In this document: in pieces, positions 10,650 to 23,984 of the stretch
Layout of the letters: each line of letters starts with the position of its first letter
Position numbering within the stretch: position 1 is the first letter of the stretch
Assembly: GCA_023213395.1 (NCBI GenBank)
Contig: CM041465.1
Coordinates: 145,831,741-145,895,740, forward strand
Length of the DNA: 64,000 nt
Reading direction: 5' to 3'
DNA from: Cycas panzhihuaensis
Taxonomy: Eukaryota; Plantae; Cycadophyta
Translations under genes and position numbers: made by a program
The notes under the pieces: model-generated
What the model saw: the letters and a program-made list of their open reading frames with translations, nothing else
What the model was told of the DNA's origin: nothing
The model's database searches: none

Positions 10650-11315
10650 TTTTTCTCAGGCTTTATACGTTCCAAGTGTTCTTCCCATATTTTGCTATGC
10701 ACTTTCCCTTCGAAATGAAGCTCTGATACCACTTGTAGCGATCTAGTTCTACTTTTATAGCAATTTTCCTCAAGAATACAGGTAATAATTCACAAAAACA
10801 ATAACTAGATGCTATTCAATAGTAAAATGAATAGGGAATAAGAATTACAGAATCCACAAAAGTAAATAATAGTCTTTATTGGCAAATAATACCAAAATAG
10901 AGCGAAATTATAACAAAATACCAGTCTTTGCTAAAGAAGTGAGCTTTCCTCTTTGAGGCGAGGAACCCTCCAAACTACAACCCCCAAATGGGCGAGCTAA
11001 TTGCAGCCCTAGAACCGAAAATGCGTGACCAAAGAACCTTCGACGATGATGAAATGAAGCCGCAAATCCTCCTTAAATAGGGGACCAAAGGATAGTAATA
11101 GAAGTCGGCCAGAAAATGTGATATTCTTCTTAATACTGCTCAAACAGAAGTCGGCCAGAACTTCTCCAAAAACTGGCAGGTTGACTTTAAATGAAAATAA
11201 CTTTTGATAGAGATCTCAGAATTGACTTTTGTTTGAACTGTTGGAATTGTCGTTCAAAGACCTTTGATTTGAATGGTCATATGCTATACTTTTAACCATA
11301 TTTTGGAATGCTACA

Positions 11316-11660
11316 CTATCCCTCACACATTCCACGATTGTTTTTCTTTCACAATCACTAATGATAGCCTTCCGTCTTTAAAGAGAACATTCATCCCATT
11401 GTCCACAATTTGATTGACAGAAATCAAGTTCATCTTCAATCCGAGCATGTTTAACACGCCCTCCATATAGTAATCATCACAATCAAGGGTTATAATTGGG
11501 ACCTTTCTTATGCCCTTGATAGTTAACACCTTATTAACTCCCAAAATAACAGTATATTCAATGGCTTCTCACATGTGCCTGAGGCAGTCAAGCCTTTCTG
11601 TCATGCGCTTGGAAGCACCTAATTTGATGTACCAGACATCATTGGACTTCCTCATATTAG
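11316..11660 (-). mobile_element. Copia protease-region fragment
   Basis: WYIKLGASKRMT and IKGIRKV..LGLKMNLISVNQI on the - strand. Confidence 0.75.
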
Positions 11661-13088
11661 TTCTATGCTGTTGACTAGCCTACAAGAGTCTCCTAATGTG
11701 TCCTGACTGTTTGTTGTTATGGCAAGTCTTCTGAGGTAGCTCATTTGAATAGGAAAACAAGCATATTCCACCCCTTTTAATGTTAAAATGCAACAAAATA
11801 ATGCACTAACAAAAAACACAATGGGTGTTAAATAGCCTTGAGACAACATACACACTTTTTATTAAGAAATTAACAACCGTGGAGTCCTTAGTCACTACAC
11901 AGAGCGCCGACGAAGTAATAAAAATCACAGTCACCATGCAAGGAGCCAAAAACTCATCATACGACCATGCTTATCATGAAGAGCACGAAAAGGTACAAAA
12001 GAGAAGTGGTTTCTGTTTTTATTATAGGCTCCTCTACAAGCCAGAAAACAACCTAGCACCTATCACCCAATGTGATTGGGTGCTCACTTCAAAAGGGGCT
12101 AATGGATCTCAAACAAATATTAAAACCAATTTAATGTATATCAAACATTACAAACAAATAAATTTTATTTTATGCTGAGTATATCGTTGGTGAAATTTGT
12201 GTGTATAGAATGTTGTGTTACCAAATTTTTGTGTGCCCATTCGTCAATTTGAATTGCTTCATCTCTGCATAGGTGTCTTCTCTCCGTCCTTCATTATATT
12301 TGATCTCTACAATGCTTTGAGTTAATGCGGGCTGTGTTCTTCCATGGCGACTGGCATCTTGTTCGAGCTACTTCCGAGCATTATTTCTCGTTGATATGAG
12401 CTGTGCAGGTCCGTAAACGTGTGATGTCTGTGTTAACTCCTGGGCATTCTTCAACATTACTCTCGTCCAACATTTGCATATCGCTTTAATCACTACATTT
12501 GACTGCCATTGTGAGCTGTGGAGGTGGATTTGTGTATCCATGGGAGATGCCCTCCCGTAATGTATTAATACACAGAGATGCCGCTCAATCTGCCTATGCC
12601 AGCCTTTGATGGCTGCCCATACCATTCTGTGTCGGCGATGCTCTTACTTTGTTTTGGCATCTGGACCCAGGTCCGTACTTCATCTGCAAGAGTGCTCTCT
12701 TCACTGCGGGCTGCATGCTTAGTGGCATCTTTACCAATCTTACACCATGTATTTAATCACCATTTCTGCAACGTGAAAAAACCTTCACAAAACTACTGCC
12801 CACAAGCACTGATCCCTTTTTTTATTTTAACACAACTCTACACACTGTGCTAATGATTCATATTGACATTTAATGCTGTCACGATTGTAGTTGATGCTAA
12901 CTCAAAAACTCAATGAAAACCAAGAAATGAACATCCCCACTAATAACCTCACAGCCTAACAACTAATTCCACAGCAAAACTGGGAAAAATTTGGACTAAA
13001 ATCACCTACCAATGTTGACAACACAAAACTCTGCTTGGTTCCACAGTTACTGGCTGCAAAATTAATCCACAATGTGTAACTAGAACCC

Positions 13089-13373
13089 ACTCTGATACCA
13101 GATGAGAGTTAGATCGTCAAATGAAACCAAATAAACACAGGTTTTTCCGGTAGAGCTGGTCTGCCTTCAAACTAACTTGCCATTCATTAAGAACCCATTA
13201 CAAACTCTTGATCCAAAATATAATACTGCACAGATATAAGTACAAGCGGGATCAGTAACGGTCCACGCACGAACTCATAACCACCCTCACACATGTTACA
13301 AGCCCATTTAGGATTCCGTAACTCCTAATGACCCACCTGCCCAATTTTGCCCTATATGAGCATTAATCTAACA
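13089..13373 (-). mobile_element. PBS plus probable 5' LTR of another nested LTR element
   Basis: ACTCTGATACCA at 13089-13100 followed by TGAGAG..CTAACA. The partner LTR is not in the window. Confidence 0.55.
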
Positions 13374-14030
13374 CTGCTTTTGGCTTGCCCTTCGTAGGTT
13401 TGATTTTAGCAGATAGCATCTGTAGCCCAATGATTAGGAAAATTACCTTCCAAGCAATAGACCCGAGTTTGGCCCTTGCAAGTCGAATGGATGATGAGCA
13501 ATGGTGATTAATAATAGCAGGTCTTTTGATGTGTGATGAATGATGAAGATTTGTCAAAAAAAATCTCATGGTCTGGGAAAATGTGTCTGATCCCTAACTT
13601 CACCCTGGGCTTGCCCGAGCAATTAAGAATTTTGAAAAAATTGCCCACATGAAGGTCCCATCTGTTATGTCTCCAATGTTGCTGATTTCTGATGTCAAAC
13701 GAGATTTAAAAGGTTAAGTTCCCTTTGGTTCATGTTTGTCGAATCTCCAACAGTCAATCAAGTTAGCAGACATGGCAATAGACGAGTGCTGGAGATTCAA
13801 AGACTTTCAGCAACCTTGCACTTATTCCATCATTCAAAAATTGACCCACAATGGTTGCTCTCTCCTTTGATGAATCTGAACGCAGTCCCTAGGATTGGAA
13901 CGAGCCCGTCCCAGCCAATGGCGATCTCACAGGAATTTCATTAACTGAGAACCACGTGCCTTTCTTGAAGCCTCCAATTTTTTTGGTCCGTTCAAGAAGT
14001 TTTGTGCTCACACTCTAGCTCAAAAAATGG

Positions 14031-14553
14031 GCTGTAATACCATGTAGGGTTTTAGAGACATAAAACCTGAGAACACAGTACCTTTAGTGGAACGATCACT
14101 TGTTTTGAATACCATACAATAGAGGGTGCATGCTCATAAATACATGATGAGCTTTCTTGCATGCAAGACTTACTAAGAATGATGACTACAGTTCAAAGGA
14201 GTGAAATGAAAAAAATGCTTAAAAGTACAAGGAATAAAACCTGTAGTACAAAAGCAAAATAAGAAGTATAAATAGAATGGACATTATTTCACAAAATGGA
14301 TGTAAAGCATGGAAAATATCAACAAAGCAACCCATTGATGGAAAACTAATTTATTACCTAACCATGATCTAATTGTCTATGAAAAATGAAACTGTTCATG
14401 CATTGATGTAAACCCAGCCAAAGTTCAAAGTAAACAATGAAGACTGAACATGCATTCCAAATAAGCTTCTCTATTTATAACACAACCACCACTAGACATT
14501 CTTCTCTTTGAAGCTACAAAACATGTCCCAAGGCAATTCTACCTTGCCCTACA
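14031..14553 (-). mobile_element. Degenerate PBS plus probable 5' LTR (14043-14553)
   Basis: GCTGTAATACCA followed by TGTAGGG..CCCTACA 7-bp inverted termini. Confidence 0.6.
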
Positions 14554-17378
14554 TGCTGTGACATGGATCCCTGGATATCGTGCGCACCAATCTCCCTGGA
14601 TATTACAAAATATGAGCATGTGACATTTCATTACAACAGATGTCATCAAACATATATCATCATCATACACAACATCATATTGTCTCCTTAATATAGGTCC
14701 CAATTTACATCAACTGTGGATAATACAATGTTAGGGCTTACACCAAATTTAGGGAATGGGATCCAATTATAGGTCCTTAAAGTGCTGATTGGTTGCAAGT
14801 GAAGGAATTGTTTTATTTTGAAGATTTTGAGCTTGTTGAAGATGTCTATCGTGTGCACCATAATTGACTGGGATAGATCAGGAATTTTCAGTGTGCAATT
14901 GTAATTGTGGCTATTCACTTAGGTGTGGTGATTATCGTTGTATGAAGTTATACTTGTCTGGAGCAAAGAAGTGTGTCAGACAGTTTGTGCAGGCGTAGGA
15001 AAAAAGCCCATAAAGGCTAGGGAACTGCACACTGACTTGAGCAGGGATCATACGTCAGTGAGAGGGAAATTGTATGTGCAGAGGACAGAGAGACGAGCTT
15101 GTGTGGGATGTACTTAGAGAGGACAGGGGAACATAGAATTCTTGGGTGGGAGATGCAAGAGGATAGGGATGAACAAGAGAAGGAAAGGCAGAGAGGAAGG
15201 AATGCTGAGGAGAAATATACAGGTAGTGGGATGTGACAAGTACAAAAAAGGAGATGAAAATGACAACAAAGAGTGAAGAATGATAATACCGCTGACCTTT
15301 TCAGAAAGATGACAGATTTGGAAGAGTCACATCTATACATCTCCTTCAGATTTCCTTAAATTGTCACTCTTCTTCACATCCTTACTTTGGTTTCAAATTC
15401 TCCAGGGTACCAATGTGAACATTAGAAGTTCAAAGCTTTGGTGGAATTTTTACATGCAAGCTTTTGGTGACTTGGAATTTGTAGCAGCAGCAAGCCAGAC
15501 TTGAATAGCAAATGCTGAAGAAATGCTCAGGCATGCTTCAATGTTTCTTGAAAATTGATGTCGTGGAAGCAGCATAACTCTCTAGATCCACATGGATTCT
15601 TTAATAAATCACAGGGCAGGAAATCACTTGCCAAATGTGGCATACTTTCTGGAACTTTTATGGAGTCAATGGACCTAAAATTTGAAATTTCTAGGCCTAT
15701 TTTGGGAAAAAAGGTTCCAATGTAGTGGCATGAGCATGCTGCAACAGTAGTAGAGATGGTAAGGATCCTATGGCTCTGATATTTCAGCAATTGCAGCAGC
15801 ATTGACTATGAGGTTCTATAATCATGAATGCATCAATAGTTGTAGCGGAAGCTCAAGAAGTTAGGAGGAATGCCTCAACAACAGCAATAGTTAATCTTGA
15901 GTCCTTTCAGACCAGACGCAGTACTGAAGTGTAGCTCACAGTAGGAGTATACATTTATCCTTAAAAAGAATGATAGTCAGGATGCTGTAGAAAACACAAC
16001 ACAACAATAATGACAATGGTTCAATGACAATAATAAAATACACGCTAAGTGACAAGAACAATGTACAAAAGATGTTCAAATCCCAAATGAGCCAACCTCT
16101 GAATTTTATGAGGAAGCTGGCAAAATTTGTTGAAAGTCAGCCAATCCTTGGAGGGAGACAGTCTCCAACAGGATGCTAATATTCAATGTCTGTCTCAACC
16201 AGTCTTCTGAGTCTACATAGAGAAAGGTATAAATCTTTGGTTGTATTCATGGTTCTACCATGTGCTGCCTTTATTGTTAATGCATCCTGGTTGGCCCATC
16301 CTTTGAGTCTCCTTTGGTGGAGTAACAAAATACTCCAGAAGTTTGCCCCTCTACCAGCTTGCACATCTTTGGCTAAGTTATGAGACACACGGGAGTGGTA
16401 GTGGATATGGCAGTTTTGAAATTTTGGGACAGGGACATATGGTTAACCTAGGCTATTAGCCAAAGGCTATTAAAAAGTACATATAAAATTAAATTTAGAT
16501 ATGTAATATATGTCATATTAAATTCAATAATCTTGCATAAGCAATCCACAAATCATTCATACCCCATTGTATAGTAGATCTTATGATATATTCATGATTC
16601 ATGTTGTATCCTTGAATTCATCTTCAAGCTCTACATTTGTGGCAATACCATGCATATCATAAAAATCTTTTCAAAGCTGTGAGAAGTAGAAGCAGAAGCA
16701 AAATGTTTTCGGGATTGACATTGTTAGTATCAGTATAATGTATAAAGGGGGGCTTAAGGATGAATGTCCCGATTGGGGTCTAGGTGCAGTGCCTTTGCTG
16801 GGTTCCAGTGGTGGTGCCCCAGAAAATTGGCCAGATATGGCCATTTGAGGCCCCACCATATCCAGATACGGCACTGCATGCATCTTCTTATCTGGCCTGT
16901 ACGGGGATATGGATTCTGCCCTTTCTGGCAAGGGTCTGGTATGGGTACAGGGAAGGATACAGCTGTGCCGAGTGTTTTCTATCTTTTACTGTTCTGATGC
17001 CTCATTGGGTTAGACAACGGGCTTAGGGAGAGGAATAAATCTCATTGATTCCATAGGACAGTATCCTCACACAAGAATGCACATTCTTAACAGGGCCAAG
17101 TCTTGCAGAACCGGGGCCTATCCTTACCTTTGTAAGTCCTAACTGGTAGATCCATGCCCTAGCCCTAACCAATTGATTACTCTATCCGATATATTCTTAA
17201 CCACCAGATTCCCTTATCAAGCTGGGTGGTAGAAAATGTGGGCTTCTTTACAATTCAAACCACTATGCTGACATCGCAGATAGACTTACAAAAAATATTT
17301 GCTACATACTGCTGTTTATTTTTGTGTCTGAAATATTCCATTTTGTGTTGTTTTGATGTTACAATCATAACATTGCAG

Positions 17379-17546
17379 GTGGGTCAAGCTGTGCATATTG
17401 GGGGATTAATGAGGCTTGACGTGAATGAAGCTTCAGTAGAAACAATTTATGTCACAGTTTGGGCTTCAGTTCATATTCCCCTGCATTTGGGAAAGGTAGA
17501 GAATGCAAATGATATAAAAGAAAAACATTTTGGAGTTCGATTGCAG
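17379..17546 (+). CDS. BPG2: Penultimate coding exon of a YqeH-family chloroplast GTP-binding protein (BPG2-like)
   Basis: AG acceptor at 17377-78 and GT donor at 17547, 168 bp in phase 0. Encodes VGQAVHIGGLMRLDVNEASVETIYVTVWASVHIPLHLGKVENANDIKEKHFGVRLQ. Confidence 0.9.
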
Positions 17547-18828
17547 GTAGATAACGTGCTTCCCTCCTTGCTATTGAATTTTATTAATTTGCACAACTCA
17601 AGCCTTTCAATGGAAATGCTACCATTGCTTTGTAGCTTTTGGAGTCATTTTTGGCTTGTTTGATTTTCTCCTGTTTCACAGCTAAATTGCAGGTAGTACT
17701 TAGCATTATCAACAAGGTTGTATGTCACAAGCAGTTCTCATAGAGTCAGTAATGATGGTCATGATTAGGAGGTTTTGTGAAGAGTTCACTGGCACTTTTG
17801 TTGGCTTATTTGACATACATGGATTTTTTAGCATGGCTCGTTTCCTTGTCATGCATTGTCAGTCGATAATTTGCTTGATTTGGCTTTAATTTGCATTTGT
17901 GTCCTCTCTTTTTATAAATGTTTCTTAGTCACTGGGTGTTTACTGCGACACATTCATTTTTGAGCATAGCTCTCTTCTTTGCCTTGCATGATAAGCTGAT
18001 AATTTGTTGGATTTGGGTTCAACTTGCCTTTGATCCTCTTTCTTTCTCTCATTGTTTTATGTTGGGTGTTTTTTGGTACACTCAGTGGTGTGAATGTTTT
18101 CTTTTACCCCCTAGTTGTACACACAAACAAGTGTTGCCCTGTGTTTTGTCCAAGCATCCAAAACAAAATGTTTTGGGACTTGAAACATTCTCACAATGCT
18201 TATTGAACAAGAGCAACTGCTGATCAACCCTCTATCAGCACTTGGTTAACTGGCACCAACAGTTGAATATGAATACCTGCAAGCTGCGACTTCAGATTTC
18301 GTAATATTAAGGTCTGCACTTGAACATTTGTTTCCTGGCCTGATTTTAGAACAGCTATAATGAATCAAATTCTGATTTTATATTATCTATACCCAACTTT
18401 CAAAATTTCCCTGTGAGTCACGACAAAATCATTTGCAAAATGTAACCAAGAAACCTTGTCATGTCAAATTCTGATTTGATTTTAAATCCTCTGTCATCTC
18501 TTTTGAATTTATGATGTTGTCACTTTGTTTGGTATCTGCTGTGTGAATGAACTTCACTTCAGGCATTTCATTCAAAATGAAATTTCAACATTTTGTGAAA
18601 CACATGCAACACTGGTTGCGCCTCTTGTTTAGTCTTTTTTTTTTCCCCTTTTTTGCTCGAGTCTTGTTCATTGCCCCTCTTTTCTATACCCACATACACA
18701 AGGACAATCTCATGTCAAAGATTTCCTTGCAAAATTTGGACTTTCCTTGAGTCAGTGATTTATTGTTTTATGTTTGTATAGTCACGCCATATACATTTGA
18801 ATGGTAAATCTTTGTTTGGTCTGTGCAG

Positions 18829-19206
18829 CCTCCTATTGGGGAGGAAAGAGCCTCAGAGCTTGGTGAGTGGAAGCAAAGGGAAATAAAAGTATCAGGAAAC
18901 AGCTGGGATGTCAATGCTACAGATGTTGCTGCTGCAGGGCTTGGCTGGTTTTCTCTCTGCCTCAAAGGTGATGCAACTTTGTCTGTGTGGACTTATGATG
19001 GAGTAGATATTACTGTACGAGAAGCATTGGTCCTTGACAGGGCACGCTTCTTGGAGAGGACTGGATTTTTACTTTCTAAAGTAGTGTCTGAGGCAATCAG
19101 CAACAAAGCAAAGTTAAAGTCAAATGATTCGCTTGAAAGGAAAAGTGCAGAATCAAAGGAAAAGAACCATGATGATTCAAGAATGTTGACAGAAGTAATT
19201 AGTTAA
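18829..19206 (+). CDS. BPG2: Last coding exon of the BPG2-like GTPase
   Basis: TGTGCAG acceptor. Encodes PPIGEERASELGEW..GNSWDVNATDVAAAGLGWFSLCLKG..WTYDGVDITVREALVLDRARFLERTGF, ends in TAA, and splices in frame to the previous exon. Confidence 0.92.
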   Translation, partial: PPIGEERASELGEWKQREIKVSGNSWDVNATDVAAAGLGWFSLCLKGDATLSVWTYDGVDITVREALVLDRARFLERTGFLLSKVVSEAISNKAKLKSNDSLERKSAESKEKNHDDSRMLTEVIS

Positions 19207-20324
19207 ATGCAGGGACTTTGTGTGTGCAACCATTGGTGATCTTTGATACACATCTCATGTATAAGGTTATTATTATTATTTTTTTAATCTTTTGGTGGAG
19301 GGAGTAGAAACATAAGCTTCCAAGTTATGACATTGCATGCTCGATACATTCTGTCTTTTTGGGGTTCCTATAAATGGAACTCCAAATAGATATCCCCTTT
19401 TCATTTGAGTGGTATCCAGAGCAAGCTTTTGTTAAGTTTGTCAGAACACCCTCTTGTACTCCAATGGCATATAACATGTTTTGCAGCCGGATTGTTGAAC
19501 TACCTTTGGCCTGTTGAAAATTATGTAATTGGGACCACCACTATGTGCTATAAAGTGAAGTGATTTATTGACAAGCCGCTTTTTGGTGTTTTGTGGCAGC
19601 TACAGATTACACACTGCATGTGACTGTTTCTGCCTTTGAGATTGAATTTACAGACAGATTAATTATGAATTACATTTTGATTTGTCATACGCATGATCTA
19701 CATAGATCTATGGATCTTCAGGAGTATAACTATTTCAGATATTCTGAATGGGAGGAATCATAATTAACAACTTTTGCCCAAAATTTGCAAGAATGCACAG
19801 GTATTTGCATTTTCAATTGGTGGGTGTATATAAACGCTAAAAATGGTTCACCAGTCAACTTGATCAACAATCTAACATAGGGCGTGTGGAACATACATAA
19901 ACATTTGTAATGTTTAAAGTGCATGAAGTCAGGGCATAGAAAAAATCAACAATTTTCAAGTGCCTAAATTACATGTTCTTTTTCTGGTATTCTATGCATC
20001 TTTTATCAATTTCCAAGTAACTATTCAAGAATGAGCCTGATGTACAAGCAATCATTGAAGAACAAGCATCTATCTTTTGGCCAAGGGGTGAATATTTGGG
20101 TGATAAGCAACAACACTGGTCAGCAACTATATATTTGGATGGGCAGCAAGGCTTGAGCAGTGATCAGTGAGCAAGGATGAGTGGTGAACAGTGAATGCTA
20201 TTTACCTCTTTGGGTGATTGTTCTATCTTTTGGGAGATTCCATAGTCTTAACCAATTTGGACTTTGGGTTTTGAAGAGTTTAGTCATTTGAAAGACATTG
20301 ATGATCTCTTAGAGCATTGTTGAA

Positions 20325-21495
20325 TTTAAGTTACTGAAAATGTCCCCTAAGGGGTCGTTTCCCATTTTGGAACCATCGAAATGGCCCAAAAATGCAAAAT
20401 TGGTATGGAGATGTTTTTAGGGCATTTTCAGTGGAATGAGGCATTCTCAACAACTCCCAAGTGTTATGCATGCCTCTTGTGGGGCCCACATGGTAGGTCA
20501 GCTCCACCCAACATAGCTTAACATCATATATATATCTATATAATTGTTTTATTTGAGTTTTTATGTGTTTTTGAACGAGTTGGAAATTGAAAATTCAAAA
20601 ACATAAATAACAAAGTAAAAACCAAAAAAACACAAAAACCACTCACTAAAACAAAAACCAAAAAGTTCAAGCCCAAAACCATGTGCCAATCCCATGGTTT
20701 TCTAAATTCAATTGTTATTTAATCACAAATTTGGACATGGTTTTTAGTTTTCAACACATTCATTGATTGATTGAAGTGAGTTTGTAGGTGATTCTTCTCT
20801 ATTGCAAGTGATTCTAATGGCTTCACAATAATTTGTTGCTAATGGCCACAATGAAGTAGTAGAAATCAACGATTCTCCTATTCGGAAGTGTGTGATGAAG
20901 ATTAAGATCTCAACATGTGTTGGAAGAGACCTCATTTACAGGAGTGCTAACGTTTGTGATGGAGGTCCACATCGAGGCTCATATTTTAGAGTGAAGGTCC
21001 ATTTACTCTATGAACCTAACAAAGGAATTGCTTGATGCCCATGATTGTTCCCCTCAACTATTCAGAAATACCAAAAAGGGATAGATGATGTATTGTCTAC
21101 AGAAATGTTAAGAAGACAAGCAATGCAAGGTGGGGGATTGTTATGAGTGACTGTAGTTGGAGTGGAGAGAGTAGTGGAGGAATTCAAAAAGAGGGCACAC
21201 ACTCAAATTGGCCCAATCACATTGATGTTTAATGTGCATGGCAAGGAGAAAGTGGACGTTAGAGTTGCATGTTGCATTTTTGCGTGTGGATTTCCCTTTA
21301 GTGTGATTTGTTTACCATATTTGCAAGATATGATGCGAGCCATTAACACATCATAGGGCTATGTGAGCCCAAAAGATGATAGAATTTGCACCTCGTTTCT
21401 TCACAAGTAACAAAGTTTGGTGGAATCCATGTTGGAGCCCCTTAAAGCTTCTTGGATTAATTCTAGCATTTCCATAATTGCAAATCAATGGATTC
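20325..21495 (+). mobile_element. Decayed hAT DNA transposon, 5' part
   Basis: BED-finger remnant (CNVC..RVKVHLL..KGIA*C) at ~20945-21040 and a DUF659-type segment MFNVHGKEKVDVRVACCIFACGFPFSVI..YLQDMMRAIN..GYVSP..LEPLKASW. Boundaries are approximate. Confidence 0.75.
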
Positions 21496-23624
21496 TATAT
21501 CTATGCCATTAGATAGAACTATCTCAACTACCAAGGGCTGTTTAGGATTGGAGACATTGAGATGTAGATCTTAAATTAGATTATTTTTCTAGGTAGATGG
21601 GATACATATCAGATATCATGGCACTTCAGATGATTGCAACTAATACTATTAAACTATTTGGTAGTGATAATTTCTTGGCTTGGAAGAAACAAGTCAATGA
21701 CATATTCATAATTAATAAATTTGACTTTATGTTTTTAAAAAAATTCTTAAACTAGTTCTTATTGAAGATCTTAATGATCCTGGTAACCTTATTCTTCCTG
21801 GTCTTGATGTTGTAGTTGCCTTTCAAGAGTTTGATGAAGTTGCTTTTTCTTTTTTATGCTTGTCCTGTGAGGATAATGTCGACCAGAATATTGATCTTGT
21901 CCCTACTTCTATGGATGCTTGGAATATCATACGTGCACTCTATGAGAGGAAAGACAATGTCAGGGTAGTGATGTTCAAAGCCCAACTTTACTCCATTTTG
22001 TTTGCAAGATCTATAATAGATCATTTGTCTCAAATTAAGGTGATGATTAAGAACCAATTGATAATGATTGGTCAGTTGCTAGAGAACAATGATCTTGTAT
22101 CTAGTATTGTCAATGTTTTGCCAATTGGTTATAACTCCCTTATATCCAATCTGTTACATATAGATCGACTTGCTATTATTGATTTCGATACATTTGAGGG
22201 TCTGATGCTTCTAGAAGAATGTATTGTGAACCGTTTAGGGAATCTAGTTACTTCCTCTTCTACATTAGCATTTGCAACCTGACATAACAGTTGACACATC
22301 AATTTGGTTCAATAAATTTGAACCAACAACCTAATCAACAACTATATTAGCCACGTTAGCCTCGACCATCTTATAATCTTCAGATTGTTTGTTACTATTG
22401 TGGCAAACCTGGACATATAACATCTGACTGTAGGAAAAAGAGAGTTGACCTTTAGCAACAACAGTTTCAGAATTGCCCTGCTATGAGGGGTGATTGAAAT
22501 CGTGGACGTGGAAATTATCATAGACTATAGAGACAGAACAAGCCAAATTATTAGGGGCTGAGGAGACAAAATCAAAATGCTTCTAAGAGGAACCTATTAG
22601 AATATTAATGTACATTTGATTTATCCCACATGCAAGAGGGTCCTACTCTTCCAATATGGCTTGTATTATAAATACACAATATTGTGTATCATATGTAACG
22701 TGGTTGTAATGATATTCTCTTAATACAATGGAGGTACCTTAAGGGTACCGTTCGATCCTGTGGAGGCGTTATGTTCTGTTTGCGAAGATTGTTTGTGCAG
22801 GTTGATTTCCAACATGGTATCAGAGCGACTCAGGTCTTTGAAAAGCCGTGCCCCTTTTAGAGTCAAATCTAAGGAGGCATTGTTGTTACTCAAGGAGCGA
22901 TATCTTCAGTCTGGTTGAAACCCTTGTTGGAGTTTCTGACTTCGTTCGTCTTCGTTTTATCTCTATTTGATATTGTCGTTCTTCTTCGCTTCCGCCCAAA
23001 GAAGGTATTTTTTTCATTATTCCTTTTTGTTAATATCTTTTGTTTATTGCTTTGTTCTTGTACTTTATATTGTGAAATGTTTTATGTGATTTCTATTTTC
23101 ACCACCTTTGTTTACTGAATCTGCGTAATATCTTTCTGCTCATATGTTGATAAATCTATATGGATGTATATATTAGTCTTCTGTGATGTTTTACTCTGCA
23201 ACTGCATGTGTTTAACCACCTTTACATCGCTGCGCTCTGCATGATATTGAAATCACCCATTCAGTCTTCTTGATGCACTGTGATAATTTCGTTTGATCAT
23301 TATTTTTACGTTTGTGCTGGCCCTCCTTCTGATTTCATCATTCGTGTGCACTGTTAAATCTCCATCTTTGATTTTGCTCTCGCGTGGTTAGCTGCCGTTT
23401 CATCTTCTCCTCTGGTGTCTCTGTCTTGCCGCCGCCTAGCTGTCGTATTCATTTTATTAGCCACTGTCACTTTCTATAGATTAATTAAGGTTCAAACTAC
23501 ATATTTGTTGATTATTATTACGATCCAAACTTTCGTGAACAACCAACCGAAAATATTCTTCATTATAATTCAAGACGCCGTAATATCCTATCTGTCTACC
23601 TATATTACGCTATGTATGAGGAGG

Positions 23625-23984
23625 GGATTAAATGAGAATTACTACCAAAACCTGTGTTCGCATACAGAAGAGACTGTCAAGGAACCAGTCTGTCATTTTG
23701 TGGATTTGGACCCTCTTAAACGACTGCATGGTTGAGTCATGTGAGATGTCTATTATGTTGAATAGCATTTCAGAGTTTGTATCAGAGAGAGAAAAGATCA
23801 GAGGGAAACTTTGGAATGTGCAATTCGAATATATCTACACCTGTAAGAGCGCGTAGGAGGAGTGCCCTAGAATCGTCTTCTACATTGACATCTTGGCCTT
23901 TGCTACCAAAGAGTGAATTGTCATGCTCGTGGGCCACTTATTGATCTGAAACTGGGATGGAAAAACTACCGTAAGAGTAGTGCG
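23625..23984 (+). pseudogene. Captured intronless class III (secretory) peroxidase fragment, PRX42/PRX21-like
   Basis: Across frameshifts it reads GLNENYYQNLCSHTEETVKEPVCHFVDLDP / DCMVESCEMSIMLNSISEFVSERE / FEYIYTCKSA*EECPRIVFYIDILAFATKE*IVMLVGPLIDLKLGWKNYRKSSA. This is collinear with the class III peroxidase consensus L..NYY..SCP.AE.IV / HDC.V.SCDAS..L / ECPG.VSCADIL.LAAR..I...GGP.I.LKTGRRD. Confidence 0.88.

Larger units (their letters stand above)
8262..11315 (-). mobile_element. Non-autonomous Gypsy-derived gag-only (TR-GAG-like) element, family B copy 1
   Basis: 5' LTR 10734-11315 (TGTAGC..GCTACA) and PBS GCTCTGATACCA 10720-10731. PPT (ATTCCCCGCCCC on +) at 8356. The 3' LTR remnant 8262-8355 matches 11222-11315 and is cut by Copia family A. 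Homologous to 58663-61291. Confidence 0.92.

Noticed and set aside
14554-17220. Upstream BPG2 exons or another gene
   Set aside because: No GTPase G-motifs or other recognisable protein. It looks like old TE debris (a possible MITE or hAT end near 16750-17000) that I cannot classify.
17226-17663. 145-aa ORF as a complete gene
   Set aside because: Only 17379-17546 is BPG2-like and bounded by splice sites; the rest is intron read-through.
23415-23856. Functional peroxidase gene
   Set aside because: It has frameshifts and stops, the distal RxxFH motif is deleted, the C-terminal half is missing, and it sits inside an LTR element.
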